Assembly: GCA_039589375.1 (NCBI GenBank)
Contig: JBDHHL010000001.1
Location: 1 to 39,162 of the forward strand
Source of the DNA: Gemmatimonadota bacterium
GTDB lineage: Bacteria > Gemmatimonadota > Gemmatimonadetes > Palauibacterales > KS3-K002
Direction: 5' to 3'
Length of the DNA: 39,162 nucleotides
The first letter of the stretch is position 1; each line of letters begins with the position of its first letter. The notes under the pieces are model-generated. The model was not told the DNA's origin and ran no database searches. It was given only the letters and a program-made list of their open reading frames with translations. This document shows positions 19,782 through 27,805 of this stretch, one piece after another. A program made the position numbers and the translations under genes.

Positions 19782-19810
19782 ATTCTAATAGTACCGCGCG
19801 CAAACGTCAA
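19782..19810 (-). promoter_or_regulatory. Sigma70-type promoter of the 6S-like RNA
   Basis: TTGACG (19810-19805), 17-nt spacer, TAGAAT (19787-19782). Confidence 0.8.
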
Positions 19811-19835
19811 TTGAACAAAGACCGAAATCAGGCCT

Positions 19836-20660
19836 TCAATGCGCCAGAAGCTTCACCGCAATCATGATGAATGCGCCGAAGAAGAACATGAAGGTGTTTG
19901 CGGGACGCCCCTTAGCCTGTCCTTCGGGCAGCAGGTCGGCCGCTCCGACGTACAGGAACGAACCTCCTGCCAAAGCCAGGAGGATGCCGAGCAGACTGTC
20001 CGAGACGTCTCTGAAGGTCAAGTAACTGACAACCACTGCCACCGGCGTAACCAACGCCAGCGCGGTGGTAACCCAGCCTGCCTTCCTGCCGGGCACGCCG
20101 GAGTGATACAACGCGGACATGGCAGCGATTCCCACAGGCATCTTGTGGACAACGACGAGGATAGCCGTGACCGAACCGAGCAGGGCTCCCGCGGCTAGCC
20201 CAGCACCCACCGAAACGCCGTCGACGACCGAGTGGATCCCAAGACCGAGCACGACCACAGGGCCCAGGTTGTGCGGATCATGATCGTGGTCGTGATCGTG
20301 GCCGTCTACGTCGATAGGAGACTCGCCCCGGGCGTGAACGTGAGGGATGAAATGCGCCTCGAGTAGATAGAACGCCAGGAAACTGACCAGCGTCCATGCG
20401 ACGCCGCTGTCGGTGCCGATCAGCTCGACAGAACTGGGAATAAGGTGAAGGAGCGCACCTGACACCAACAGTCCTGCCGCGAAAACGATCAACTCGGCGG
20501 TGTGCTTGATCGCCCACGACTCGAAGCGGCGGATCAACCACACCCCCGACAGCATGCCCAGCCCCGTCAAGGCGGCAAAGAACAAAGCGGTGCTGGGCGC
20601 GGCGGGTACCGCGTCGAGCTGTTGGAGTGCAGGGCTGGCAGACGCCAGAGTGACCGACAT
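19836..20660 (-). CDS. ZIP-family metal transporter
   Basis: FAAGLL....LHLIP, His-rich loop HVHA...HDHDHDHDPH, HSVVDG, HKMPVG, GSFLYVGAADLLPE. Confidence 0.9.
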   Translation of the reverse strand: MSVTLASASPALQQLDAVPAAPSTALFFAALTGLGMLSGVWLIRRFESWAIKHTAELIVFAAGLLVSGALLHLIPSSVELIGTDSGVAWTLVSFLAFYLLEAHFIPHVHARGESPIDVDGHDHDHDHDPHNLGPVVVLGLGIHSVVDGVSVGAGLAAGALLGSVTAILVVVHKMPVGIAAMSALYHSGVPGRKAGWVTTALALVTPVAVVVSYLTFRDVSDSLLGILLALAGGSFLYVGAADLLPEGQAKGRPANTFMFFFGAFIMIAVKLLAH

Positions 20661-20753
20661 GCCACGGAGTCGCTAGAAATGAATGTTACGGCTGGGCTAG
20701 CCTCATCGATGCGCGCAACATAGGCGACGCGACCAGTGGCAGCAACACGGCGC

Positions 20754-20783
20754 TTGACTGTTCCTGGGCGGCCGAGCTAACCT
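20754..20783 (+). promoter_or_regulatory. Putative sigma70 promoter for the RAPP-leader metal uptake operon
   Basis: TTGACT, 18-nt spacer, TAACCT; ends 10 nt before ATG 20794, implying a near-leaderless mRNA. Confidence 0.5.
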
Positions 20784-20793
20784 TCACGCCACC

Positions 20794-21126
20794 ATGCGGA
20801 TGCGAGTATTACTCAAGCGAGCGGTCGCATTTCTGCTGCTTGTCGCTCTCCCGGCGGTAGCCGGCGCTCGTCTGACACTCGACGTTCGCAATCCTCTCCA
20901 CAACATCGGAAGCATCGAAGTCGAGGACTCTGGCAGCGCGGGCCGAGCTCACGATCACAGGCTCTGCGTGCTGGTTTTGCTCACGCCGTGGTCGGCCCCG
21001 GCGCAGGCGCCGCAGGCCGCGGCAGCGGCACGCGCGGCAGAGACCGCTCTTCCCGCAGAAGGCGCCGCGCGAACCAGCGACAGGACCGGGCTCCAGTCGG
21101 CCCGCGCTCCTCCGGCCGTGCTCTAG
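20794..21126 (+). CDS. DUF2946-like leader protein with signal peptide, HDHxxC motif and C-terminal RAPP
   Basis: Basic-hydrophobic N-terminus, HDHRLC at residues 53-58, Ala/Pro-rich linker, ends QSARAPPAVL; first ORF upstream of metal uptake genes. Confidence 0.75.
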   Translation: MRMRVLLKRAVAFLLLVALPAVAGARLTLDVRNPLHNIGSIEVEDSGSAGRAHDHRLCVLVLLTPWSAPAQAPQAAAAARAAETALPAEGAARTSDRTGLQSARAPPAVL

Positions 21127-21211
21127 GCCGGCCCAAGCGGCCGGTTCGTACTCGACTCGCCACTTCCGGGTTGCAGGCACGGACCCGAAGGTCCGATGCC
21201 CTAAGGTGTGC

Positions 21212-22531
21212 ATGATTACTCTATCCGATGTCGGAGCGAGCAAGTTGGCAAAGCGTCTGCTTATCTCCTTGAGCCTTGTGGCGGTGGTGTTTGCCACGAC
21301 ACCAATCGTGGTATCTGCCCAAGAAACGAAGGCGGACTCCTTGGAGGCGCGAATCAGAGAGCTCGAGGCCCGGCTTGACAGTCTGCTGGCCGAATTGGCT
21401 CTCGGGCGCGCCGACAGCGCCGCCAAGGCAGCCGCCGCCGAGCTCGAAGCTCTGCGCGAGGCGGCACGTGCCGCAGCCGGTGAACAAGCGCAAGACACCG
21501 CCGCTACGAGCCGCACCAGCAACATGAATATCCTCAATCCCGAGATCAGCGTAACCGGCGACATACTGGGCACTTACGTCGCTCCCGCCGAGGGTGGCAA
21601 CTACCTGACGGCCGTGCCGAGGGAGTTCGAGTTCGCGTTCCAGGCGGCGCTCGATCCCTACACTCGGACCAAGATATTCGTTGCATACGAAGAGGACTTC
21701 GAGATAGCGGGACTCGGCGCGGGAGAAGGAGAGGAAGAGGACGCGCACCCGGCGGTGGAGATCGAGGAAGGCTACATATACTGGGTCGGGCTGCCGGGCT
21801 TCGGCCTCAAGGCAGGGAAGTTCCGGCATCAAATCGGTCTCTACAACCGCTGGCATACGCACGCACTGCTCGAGGTGGACCGGCCACTGGCGACGGTGGC
21901 GTTTCTAGGCGGAGACGGGCTGATCCAGACAGGCGTCTCGATCGACTTGCCCGTCCTGATGCTCGGTCCCAGCACACAGAGCTTCACCGTCGAGCTCACG
22001 CGCGGCAGCAACCATGCTCTGTTCGAGGGAGGAAAGGAACCGAGCTTCCTGGCCAGTTTCTCCAGCTTCTGGGATCTCAGCGCCGCTAGCTATCTACAGA
22101 TCGGCGTCACCGGAGTATTTGGAGAGAATGACGATCAGGCCCTGAAGTCGCGCTTGTTGGAGATCGATGCCTCGTTCCGCTGGCGGCCGCCGGGAAGAGG
22201 CCTATACAGGGACTTCACGCTCAAGGGCGAATGGTACATCGCGAACAAGGATTTCGGTGACGAGAAGCACACCGGTGACGGGGGTTATCTCCAGGCGAAC
22301 TACCGGCTGAACCGCCGCTGGGTTCTCGGAGCCAGGGCCGACTTTCTCGATGACTACGGGGAGGGGCCGGACATCCTTCAGCTCGTACCCGCCGTCACCT
22401 GGTGGCAGAGCGAGTGGGTACGGCTGAGGTTGCAGTACAACTACGTGAAGCCGGAAGACGGTGGCAGCAACCACACGGTGATCGCCCAGGTCGTGTGGGC
22501 TGTAGGTCCCCACAAGCATGAAACGTACTGA
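21212..22531 (+). CDS. Outer-membrane beta-barrel (porin-like) protein, probable metal uptake
   Basis: Signal peptide (VSAQ), coiled-coil segment, NPEISV.GD, E.E..F...LDPY, LYNRWHTH, alternating beta-strands, C-terminal GPHKHETY. Confidence 0.75.
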   Translation: MITLSDVGASKLAKRLLISLSLVAVVFATTPIVVSAQETKADSLEARIRELEARLDSLLAELALGRADSAAKAAAAELEALREAARAAAGEQAQDTAATSRTSNMNILNPEISVTGDILGTYVAPAEGGNYLTAVPREFEFAFQAALDPYTRTKIFVAYEEDFEIAGLGAGEGEEEDAHPAVEIEEGYIYWVGLPGFGLKAGKFRHQIGLYNRWHTHALLEVDRPLATVAFLGGDGLIQTGVSIDLPVLMLGPSTQSFTVELTRGSNHALFEGGKEPSFLASFSSFWDLSAASYLQIGVTGVFGENDDQALKSRLLEIDASFRWRPPGRGLYRDFTLKGEWYIANKDFGDEKHTGDGGYLQANYRLNRRWVLGARADFLDDYGEGPDILQLVPAVTWWQSEWVRLRLQYNYVKPEDGGSNHTVIAQVVWAVGPHKHETY

Positions 22532-22621
22532 TTGGAACATACCGACACACGCTGGGTGACAGACAGCAGCGAAATGGGGTTCGGGGCGCGGCCGTCGAGG
22601 CCGCGGCAGAAGGAGACGGCA

Positions 22622-23722
22622 ATGCAGTATGGCCCGGTGATTTCGACGCGCCTCCGCGAGGCGCTTCTCGCGGGAGTGGCATTGATTCTCGCGCTGACGC
22701 CGCTATCACCTCGAGCGCTCTCCGCCCAAGAGAAATTGCGCGTGGTGACGACGTTGCCTACGTACGCTGCCATCACCCGGGAACTGACAGCCGACATGGC
22801 GGAGGTAGAAGCCATCGCCCGCGGCGACGAGGATCCGCACTTCGTCAACCCGCGGCCCAGCTTCGCCGCCAAGGTTCAGAAGGCTGACATCTTCGTTGCG
22901 ACCGGGCTTGATCTGGAACTCTGGGTCCCGGCGATACTCGACCGGGCGAGAAACCCGAAGGTCATCGAAGGCGGCTCGGGGAACGTGGTCGCGTACTCGG
23001 GCATCACCTTGCTGGAGGTACCGGAGAACATCTCCCGCGCTGGTGGCGATGTGCACGTTTTCGGGAACCCCCACATCCACACGGATCCGGTCAATGCGGT
23101 CATCATCGCGAGGAACATCCTGGCGACATTGAGGCAGCTCGACCCAGCAAACGCCGCTGCCTATGAGGCGAGAGCCAGGGACTTCGAGGATCGGGTCATG
23201 CGCCGCCTGTTTGGCGATCAACTGGTGGATATGCTCGGATTCGATGCCATCTTCCAGCTCGCCCGCGAACACAAGTTTTGGGATTTCGCGCGAAGCCAGA
23301 ATTACCAGGGGCGACCGCTCACCGACTTCGTCGGCGGGTGGCTAGCCGATGCAGCCCCGTTTCGCGACCGGCGCATCACCTGTTATCACAAGAACTGGGC
23401 CTATTTCAGCTCTCGCTTTCGGGTCGAATGCGCCATCTACGTCGAGCCCCAGCCGGGCATCCCGCCCTCGCCGGGACACCTGCGCAGCGTCGTCGACCTG
23501 ATGCGCGACGAGTTGATCCCGGTCGTCTTCGCCGCGAACTACTTCAGCCACGCTCAAGTAGAGCGCGTCGCTTCGCGCACCAACGCAAAGGCGGTCATCG
23601 TGCCGGAGCACGTTGCCGGAGCCGAAGGTGTGGAAACATACTTTGACCTTGTCGACGCGTGGGTCTCCGGTCTATCAACGGCGTTCCTTGCCCTGGACAG
23701 GAGACGTGACCATCGCGAATAG
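22622..23722 (+). CDS. Metal ABC transporter substrate-binding protein (ZnuA/TroA cluster A-I)
   Basis: VVTT, EDPHF, GLDLE.W, GNPHIH.DP, YH..W.YF, EP.PGIPPSP.HL. AGGAG precedes ATG 22622. Confidence 0.9.
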   Translation: MQYGPVISTRLREALLAGVALILALTPLSPRALSAQEKLRVVTTLPTYAAITRELTADMAEVEAIARGDEDPHFVNPRPSFAAKVQKADIFVATGLDLELWVPAILDRARNPKVIEGGSGNVVAYSGITLLEVPENISRAGGDVHVFGNPHIHTDPVNAVIIARNILATLRQLDPANAAAYEARARDFEDRVMRRLFGDQLVDMLGFDAIFQLAREHKFWDFARSQNYQGRPLTDFVGGWLADAAPFRDRRITCYHKNWAYFSSRFRVECAIYVEPQPGIPPSPGHLRSVVDLMRDELIPVVFAANYFSHAQVERVASRTNAKAVIVPEHVAGAEGVETYFDLVDAWVSGLSTAFLALDRRRDHRE

Positions 23723-23767
23723 GCGCCCTGCTTGTGCCACAAAGCTATGTACCCATAGGCTGAAGCT

Positions 23768-24637
23768 ATGCTCGAATTGATGCTGCCAGCCCTCGTGGTC
23801 TCTCTGATCCTCGTCGGTATTCATGGCTACCTCGGGATTCATATCATCGCCCGCGGAGTCATTTTCGTCGATCTGGCCCTCGCACAGGTAGCGGCGCTGG
23901 GTTGGGCCGCGGCCGGTCTGGGGCTTGCCGATGGTATCGGCGAGCTATTCGGCATCCCGGCGGCCGAGTCGGGATATGCCATCGGATTGGCAGCCACCCT
24001 GGTCGCGGCGGCCCTGTTCAGCATCTCCCGAATCGAGCATAAGTACCTGCCTCAAGAGGCCATCATCGGCATCGTCTACGTAGTGGCCTCGGCGGGGACG
24101 ATCTTGCTGGCGGCTCAGGCGCCGCGTGGATCGGAGCACGTGGAGGAATTGCTTTCCGGAAGCCTGCTGTGGGTAACCTGGCCCGAGATCATCAAGACGG
24201 GAATCATCTACACCGTCATCGGAGTCGTGCACTGGTTCCTGCGTGGACGGTTCTTCACGATATCGATGAACCCGCAAGAGGCCAAACGGAGGGGTTGGTC
24301 GGTGGCAGGGTGGGATTTCTTGTTCTATGCGCTCTTCGGCGTCGTCGTGACTTCGTCCGTCGCGATAGCAGGCGTTCTGGTCGTTTTCAGCTTCCTGGTC
24401 ATTCCGGCCGTCATCGCGTTTCTCTTCACGGCACAGCCGGGGCGACTGCTGGCGATCGCATGGTCATCGGGTACGGCCGCGACGCTGCTGGGCCTCTACA
24501 CTTCCTACGTGACCGACTTCCCGACGGGCCCAACCGTGGTCTGTGCTTTCGCCCTGGCGCTGGCATTCGCCTTTCTGGTTCGACGCTTGGTCCCTCGCGG
24601 CGCATCCGCGGAGGCAGTTTCTGAAGCCACTGGCTGA
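23768..24637 (+). CDS. Metal ABC transporter permease (ZnuB/ABC-3 family)
   Basis: GIHII.RGVIFVDLALAQ, L.GS.LWV, GV.VVFSFLVIPA, D.PTG. Confidence 0.88.
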   Translation: MLELMLPALVVSLILVGIHGYLGIHIIARGVIFVDLALAQVAALGWAAAGLGLADGIGELFGIPAAESGYAIGLAATLVAAALFSISRIEHKYLPQEAIIGIVYVVASAGTILLAAQAPRGSEHVEELLSGSLLWVTWPEIIKTGIIYTVIGVVHWFLRGRFFTISMNPQEAKRRGWSVAGWDFLFYALFGVVVTSSVAIAGVLVVFSFLVIPAVIAFLFTAQPGRLLAIAWSSGTAATLLGLYTSYVTDFPTGPTVVCAFALALAFAFLVRRLVPRGASAEAVSEATG

Positions 24638-24639
24638 GG

Positions 24640-25248
24640 TCACGTTGTCTTGGCCCTTCTGCTGACCCAGGCGCTCGTGGAATCGAAGAACCGCCACTCG
24701 CGATCAGCCCCACGACTGATGCCCACCCTGGTCGCCCGCACGACCCGGTTGTCGGGCAGTCGCTCACCGGCGGCGAGATAGAGAGGCGGTTCCCTGAGGC
24801 GGTGCCGCTGAAGGTCGGGACCGATGCCCATAGCCTGCGTCAGTTTCCCTGGTCCCGATGTGAGATCTCGATCCGCTCTTCCCCGTCGCCGTACCCGCAT
24901 GGCGTCGAGCCCGTCGATCGGCTCCAACGCTCGGATCAATACGGCGGCCGGGTAGCCCTCCACGCCGACCACAGCGTTCAGGCACCAGTGAACTCCGAAG
25001 TTCAGGTGGATGTAAGCTGTCCCCGGTGGGCCGTACATCGGGTCGTTGCGAGGCGTACGCCCGATGGACTCCGCCGCATGAGAAGCCGGATCGTGCGGAC
25101 CCGGATAGGCCTCGGTTTCCACGATCCGGCCCACACAACGCGCGCCGCCAACCTCCGAAACCAGAAGAGCGCCCAGCAGTTGCCTGGCTACCGTTTCGGC
25201 CGCGCCCTCGAAAAAGCCGACCGGCAACGGCAGATTCCGGCGATTCAC
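24640..25248 (-). CDS. mpg: DNA-3-methyladenine glycosylase (MPG/AAG family)
   Basis: GRIVETEAY.G..DPASH, AVLIRALEP, GPGKL, RVGIS, WRF. Confidence 0.93.
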   Translation of the reverse strand: MNRRNLPLPVGFFEGAAETVARQLLGALLVSEVGGARCVGRIVETEAYPGPHDPASHAAESIGRTPRNDPMYGPPGTAYIHLNFGVHWCLNAVVGVEGYPAAVLIRALEPIDGLDAMRVRRRGRADRDLTSGPGKLTQAMGIGPDLQRHRLREPPLYLAAGERLPDNRVVRATRVGISRGADREWRFFDSTSAWVSRRAKTT

Positions 25249-27575
25249 TCTCCGCCGGGGTTCAGCTCCTTCTGACGTGCTTCCAGGACACGCTCCGCCC
25301 GGTGATCAGGAAGGATCTGCCGCACCCGCTCCGGTTCCTGGTCCAGCACGCGAAACACGTCCGCGCCAAATGCGTCTACCAGCGACTCGGCGGTTCTCCG
25401 ACCGACACCGGCGTAGGCCGTCAGCCGGCCAATGAGGGCCGCGTTCGGGCCGCTCTCCACCGGCGCCTCTCGCACCTCTTCCTGCTCTGTTTCGGATGCT
25501 GCCGGCCGTTCGGTGGCACCTTCGCGCGGAACTTTCTGACCATCAAAGATCGGCGGCGGCGCAGCGGCGGGGCGATAGCGCCCCCTCGCGCCCCAGCGTC
25601 CACGAATCGTCCCGCGCGGAGCGCCCGGCAACGGGGCCGGTGCGACCGCAGAGTCTTCCGTTTTGGCGGCAGCTTTCTCCTCCGCCGGCGTCGCTGGTTC
25701 ATCGGCGGGCCGCGCCTCCGGCACCGAGGATGGCGGTGCATCTGCTGCCGGGGTGCCGGCGCCGACCAGCCCCTTCACGGGCGCGAATTCGGCTGGAGGC
25801 GCAGCCGCTTCAGGCGTCCGCTCGCCAGCCGTGGGTGCGCGCTCGGCGGTCTCCGGCACAACCGTGACAGCATCCGGCACAACCTCGACCTTATCCGGCA
25901 CGCGTTCGGCAGCTTCGGGTCTTCGCTCGCGCCCCGGGGGCCTAGAAGCACGCTCGGTCGCTTCGCGCTCGACCGGCTTCCGTCTTTCCTCACGCGGCCG
26001 GCGCTCGCCTCGACGCCGGCCAGTGCCGGGCCGCTGCTCTCCACGGCGTCCCTTCTCTCCACGGGCCGCCGCTTCGCCTCGGGGCGCACGGCCCGCAGGA
26101 CGCTGCCCCTTCTGAGTTCTAGCGGGCGCCGTTTCGCCCTGGCTGCGGGGCGCGCGACCGCCCCTCCTGTCCCGGGGAGCAGAGCTCTCAGGACGACGGG
26201 CGCGCTCCGCAGGCCTAGCCTTCTCAACTTCCTGCTTCGGCGTCTCGGCTGGCTTCTTTTCTTCCGGCTCCGCCTCCGCTTCCCGATCGCCGAACAGGAA
26301 GCGAGCCAGCCGCCGCATCGTACCCGCCTCCTGCTCTGGCTGCTCCTGCTGCTCCTGCTGCCCCGGCTGCTCCGGTCGCTCGGGCTCCGGCACCGCCGCT
26401 GCCTTCCTGCCCCGCTTGGCTGGCCCTTTCGAGAGCGACACGTGAAAGTTGCCGTTTGGGCCTCTTGTGAGCGATATCGTGCCCTGCTCCTCTGCCGCCT
26501 GCAGGAACTTGCTGAACTTACTGAACCCGATCTCGCCCTCGTCAAAACTCGGATCCAACTCTAGCAGCTTGCGTTTCACGTCACTGTCGCGAACCGATTC
26601 AGCTTCGCCTGCGAGCAGCACGCCAAGCGCCTGTCGTAGCAGACCCAGCGCGGATTTCATTGTTAGCTTGGGCCTGGCTCTGTTGGTCTGGACTTCCTCG
26701 GCCACCGCCTTGGCTGGGCGGCTTTCCTTCGCGCGCCGCTCGGGACCCTTCCGCGTCCTGGCCTCTTTCTTCTCCGGCTTCTCTTCCCGCTCGGCTTTCG
26801 CGGCTTTTGCAGCCGGCGCAACCCCGTACTGGCCGTTCTCCATCTTCTGGATCGAGAGCAGACCGCGGGACGCCGCCTCCACCACGAATCGGTTGAACTT
26901 GTTGAAGCCCTGTTCCTTTTCGTTGAACGACGGATCGATCTCGATCATGACCTGCTTCAGCCGGTCGGAACGCATGGTATCGCCCCGCTCGACCATCCTC
27001 TCGGCGGCCTTCTGCACCAGCACCCACGGGTCGTGGCTCTCCAATTGCTGGTCGCCGGTCTTGCTCAGGCCCGTCAGCGCCGAATAGCTGTAGTATTCAT
27101 CGCAGTTCTGTACCAGCAGGTCCGAGCTCGACTCCTGGATCCCCACGCCGATTATGTACTTCCCGTATTCCTTCAGTTTCAGGACCAGGCTCGAGAAGTC
27201 GCTGTCGCCCGACATGAGGATGATCGTCCGGATCTCGGGCCGAATGAAGACCAGCTCGAGCGCATCGATCGCCAATCTGATGTCGGTCGCGTTCTTCTTG
27301 GACGAACCGTAGGCTGGCGCGAATATCAAGTCGATCGATGCCTCGGAGAGCGGCACGATGTACTGCGGGTACCTCCGCCAGTCCGCGTAGGCGCGCTGCA
27401 CCGCTACTTTGCCGCGTATCACCTCCGAGTTGAGGAGATTCCGCAGCTCCTGGCCGAGATTCGACCGGATTCCCATCGTCACGTTGTCGAAGTCGATCAG
27501 CAGCGCGGCTTGATGTGTCTCGTCGACGTCGGGTCTCAAACTCCGACGACCTGGCGAGTCCTGTAGTCTGTCCAT
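25245..27575 (-). CDS. NYN-domain ribonuclease with two LOTUS/OST-HTH domains, a low-complexity linker and a C-terminal HhH-like domain
   Basis: LIDFDN, KNATD..LAID and SGDSDF (NYN); two DPSF.E...GF.KF..F repeats (LOTUS); GVGRRTAESLVDAFG at the C-terminus. GGAGG precedes ATG 27575. Confidence 0.88.
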   Translation of the reverse strand: MDRLQDSPGRRSLRPDVDETHQAALLIDFDNVTMGIRSNLGQELRNLLNSEVIRGKVAVQRAYADWRRYPQYIVPLSEASIDLIFAPAYGSSKKNATDIRLAIDALELVFIRPEIRTIILMSGDSDFSSLVLKLKEYGKYIIGVGIQESSSDLLVQNCDEYYSYSALTGLSKTGDQQLESHDPWVLVQKAAERMVERGDTMRSDRLKQVMIEIDPSFNEKEQGFNKFNRFVVEAASRGLLSIQKMENGQYGVAPAAKAAKAEREEKPEKKEARTRKGPERRAKESRPAKAVAEEVQTNRARPKLTMKSALGLLRQALGVLLAGEAESVRDSDVKRKLLELDPSFDEGEIGFSKFSKFLQAAEEQGTISLTRGPNGNFHVSLSKGPAKRGRKAAAVPEPERPEQPGQQEQQEQPEQEAGTMRRLARFLFGDREAEAEPEEKKPAETPKQEVEKARPAERARRPESSAPRDRRGGRAPRSQGETAPARTQKGQRPAGRAPRGEAAARGEKGRRGEQRPGTGRRRGERRPREERRKPVEREATERASRPPGRERRPEAAERVPDKVEVVPDAVTVVPETAERAPTAGERTPEAAAPPAEFAPVKGLVGAGTPAADAPPSSVPEARPADEPATPAEEKAAAKTEDSAVAPAPLPGAPRGTIRGRWGARGRYRPAAAPPPIFDGQKVPREGATERPAASETEQEEVREAPVESGPNAALIGRLTAYAGVGRRTAESLVDAFGADVFRVLDQEPERVRQILPDHRAERVLEARQKELNPGGE

Positions 27576-27805
27576 GCCTCCCGTAACTCCTTTTACCACA
27601 AATTGTTAGAACACACGGAGAGGCAGGCCGGCGGCGTCGCGCAAGGGGCGTTGGTTGGATACCCACCGGAAGGACTTCTGCTCAGCACTGGCAACGGCGC
27701 CGATGACAGCTCGAATACGCTGTTGTCCCAGCAGCCGTGCCCAACAGGTGCTTCCGGTATGACCGCCGCTTGGGCGTTAGCGAGCCCGTCCTCTCAGTTC
27801 ACCTT

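Noticed and set aside
19368-19803. Short ORFs across the folE-ZIP intergenic region
   Set aside because: They show no protein features, and the region is better explained by promoter, 6S-like RNA and terminator.
20670-20700. Possible Zur/Fur box (GAAATGAATGTTAC) between the ZIP gene and the leader ORF
   Set aside because: There is no convincing palindrome, only a partial half-site resemblance.
25026-26564. 512-aa plus-strand ORF and other long antisense ORFs (e.g. 2913-3860, 35472-36518, 11085-11945)
   Set aside because: They are shadow frames opposite well-supported genes in high-GC DNA, with biased composition and no motifs.
27661-27680. SRP RNA, suggested by CCGGAAGGA
   Set aside because: It lacks the flanking CAGG and AGCAG of the SRP domain IV loop.
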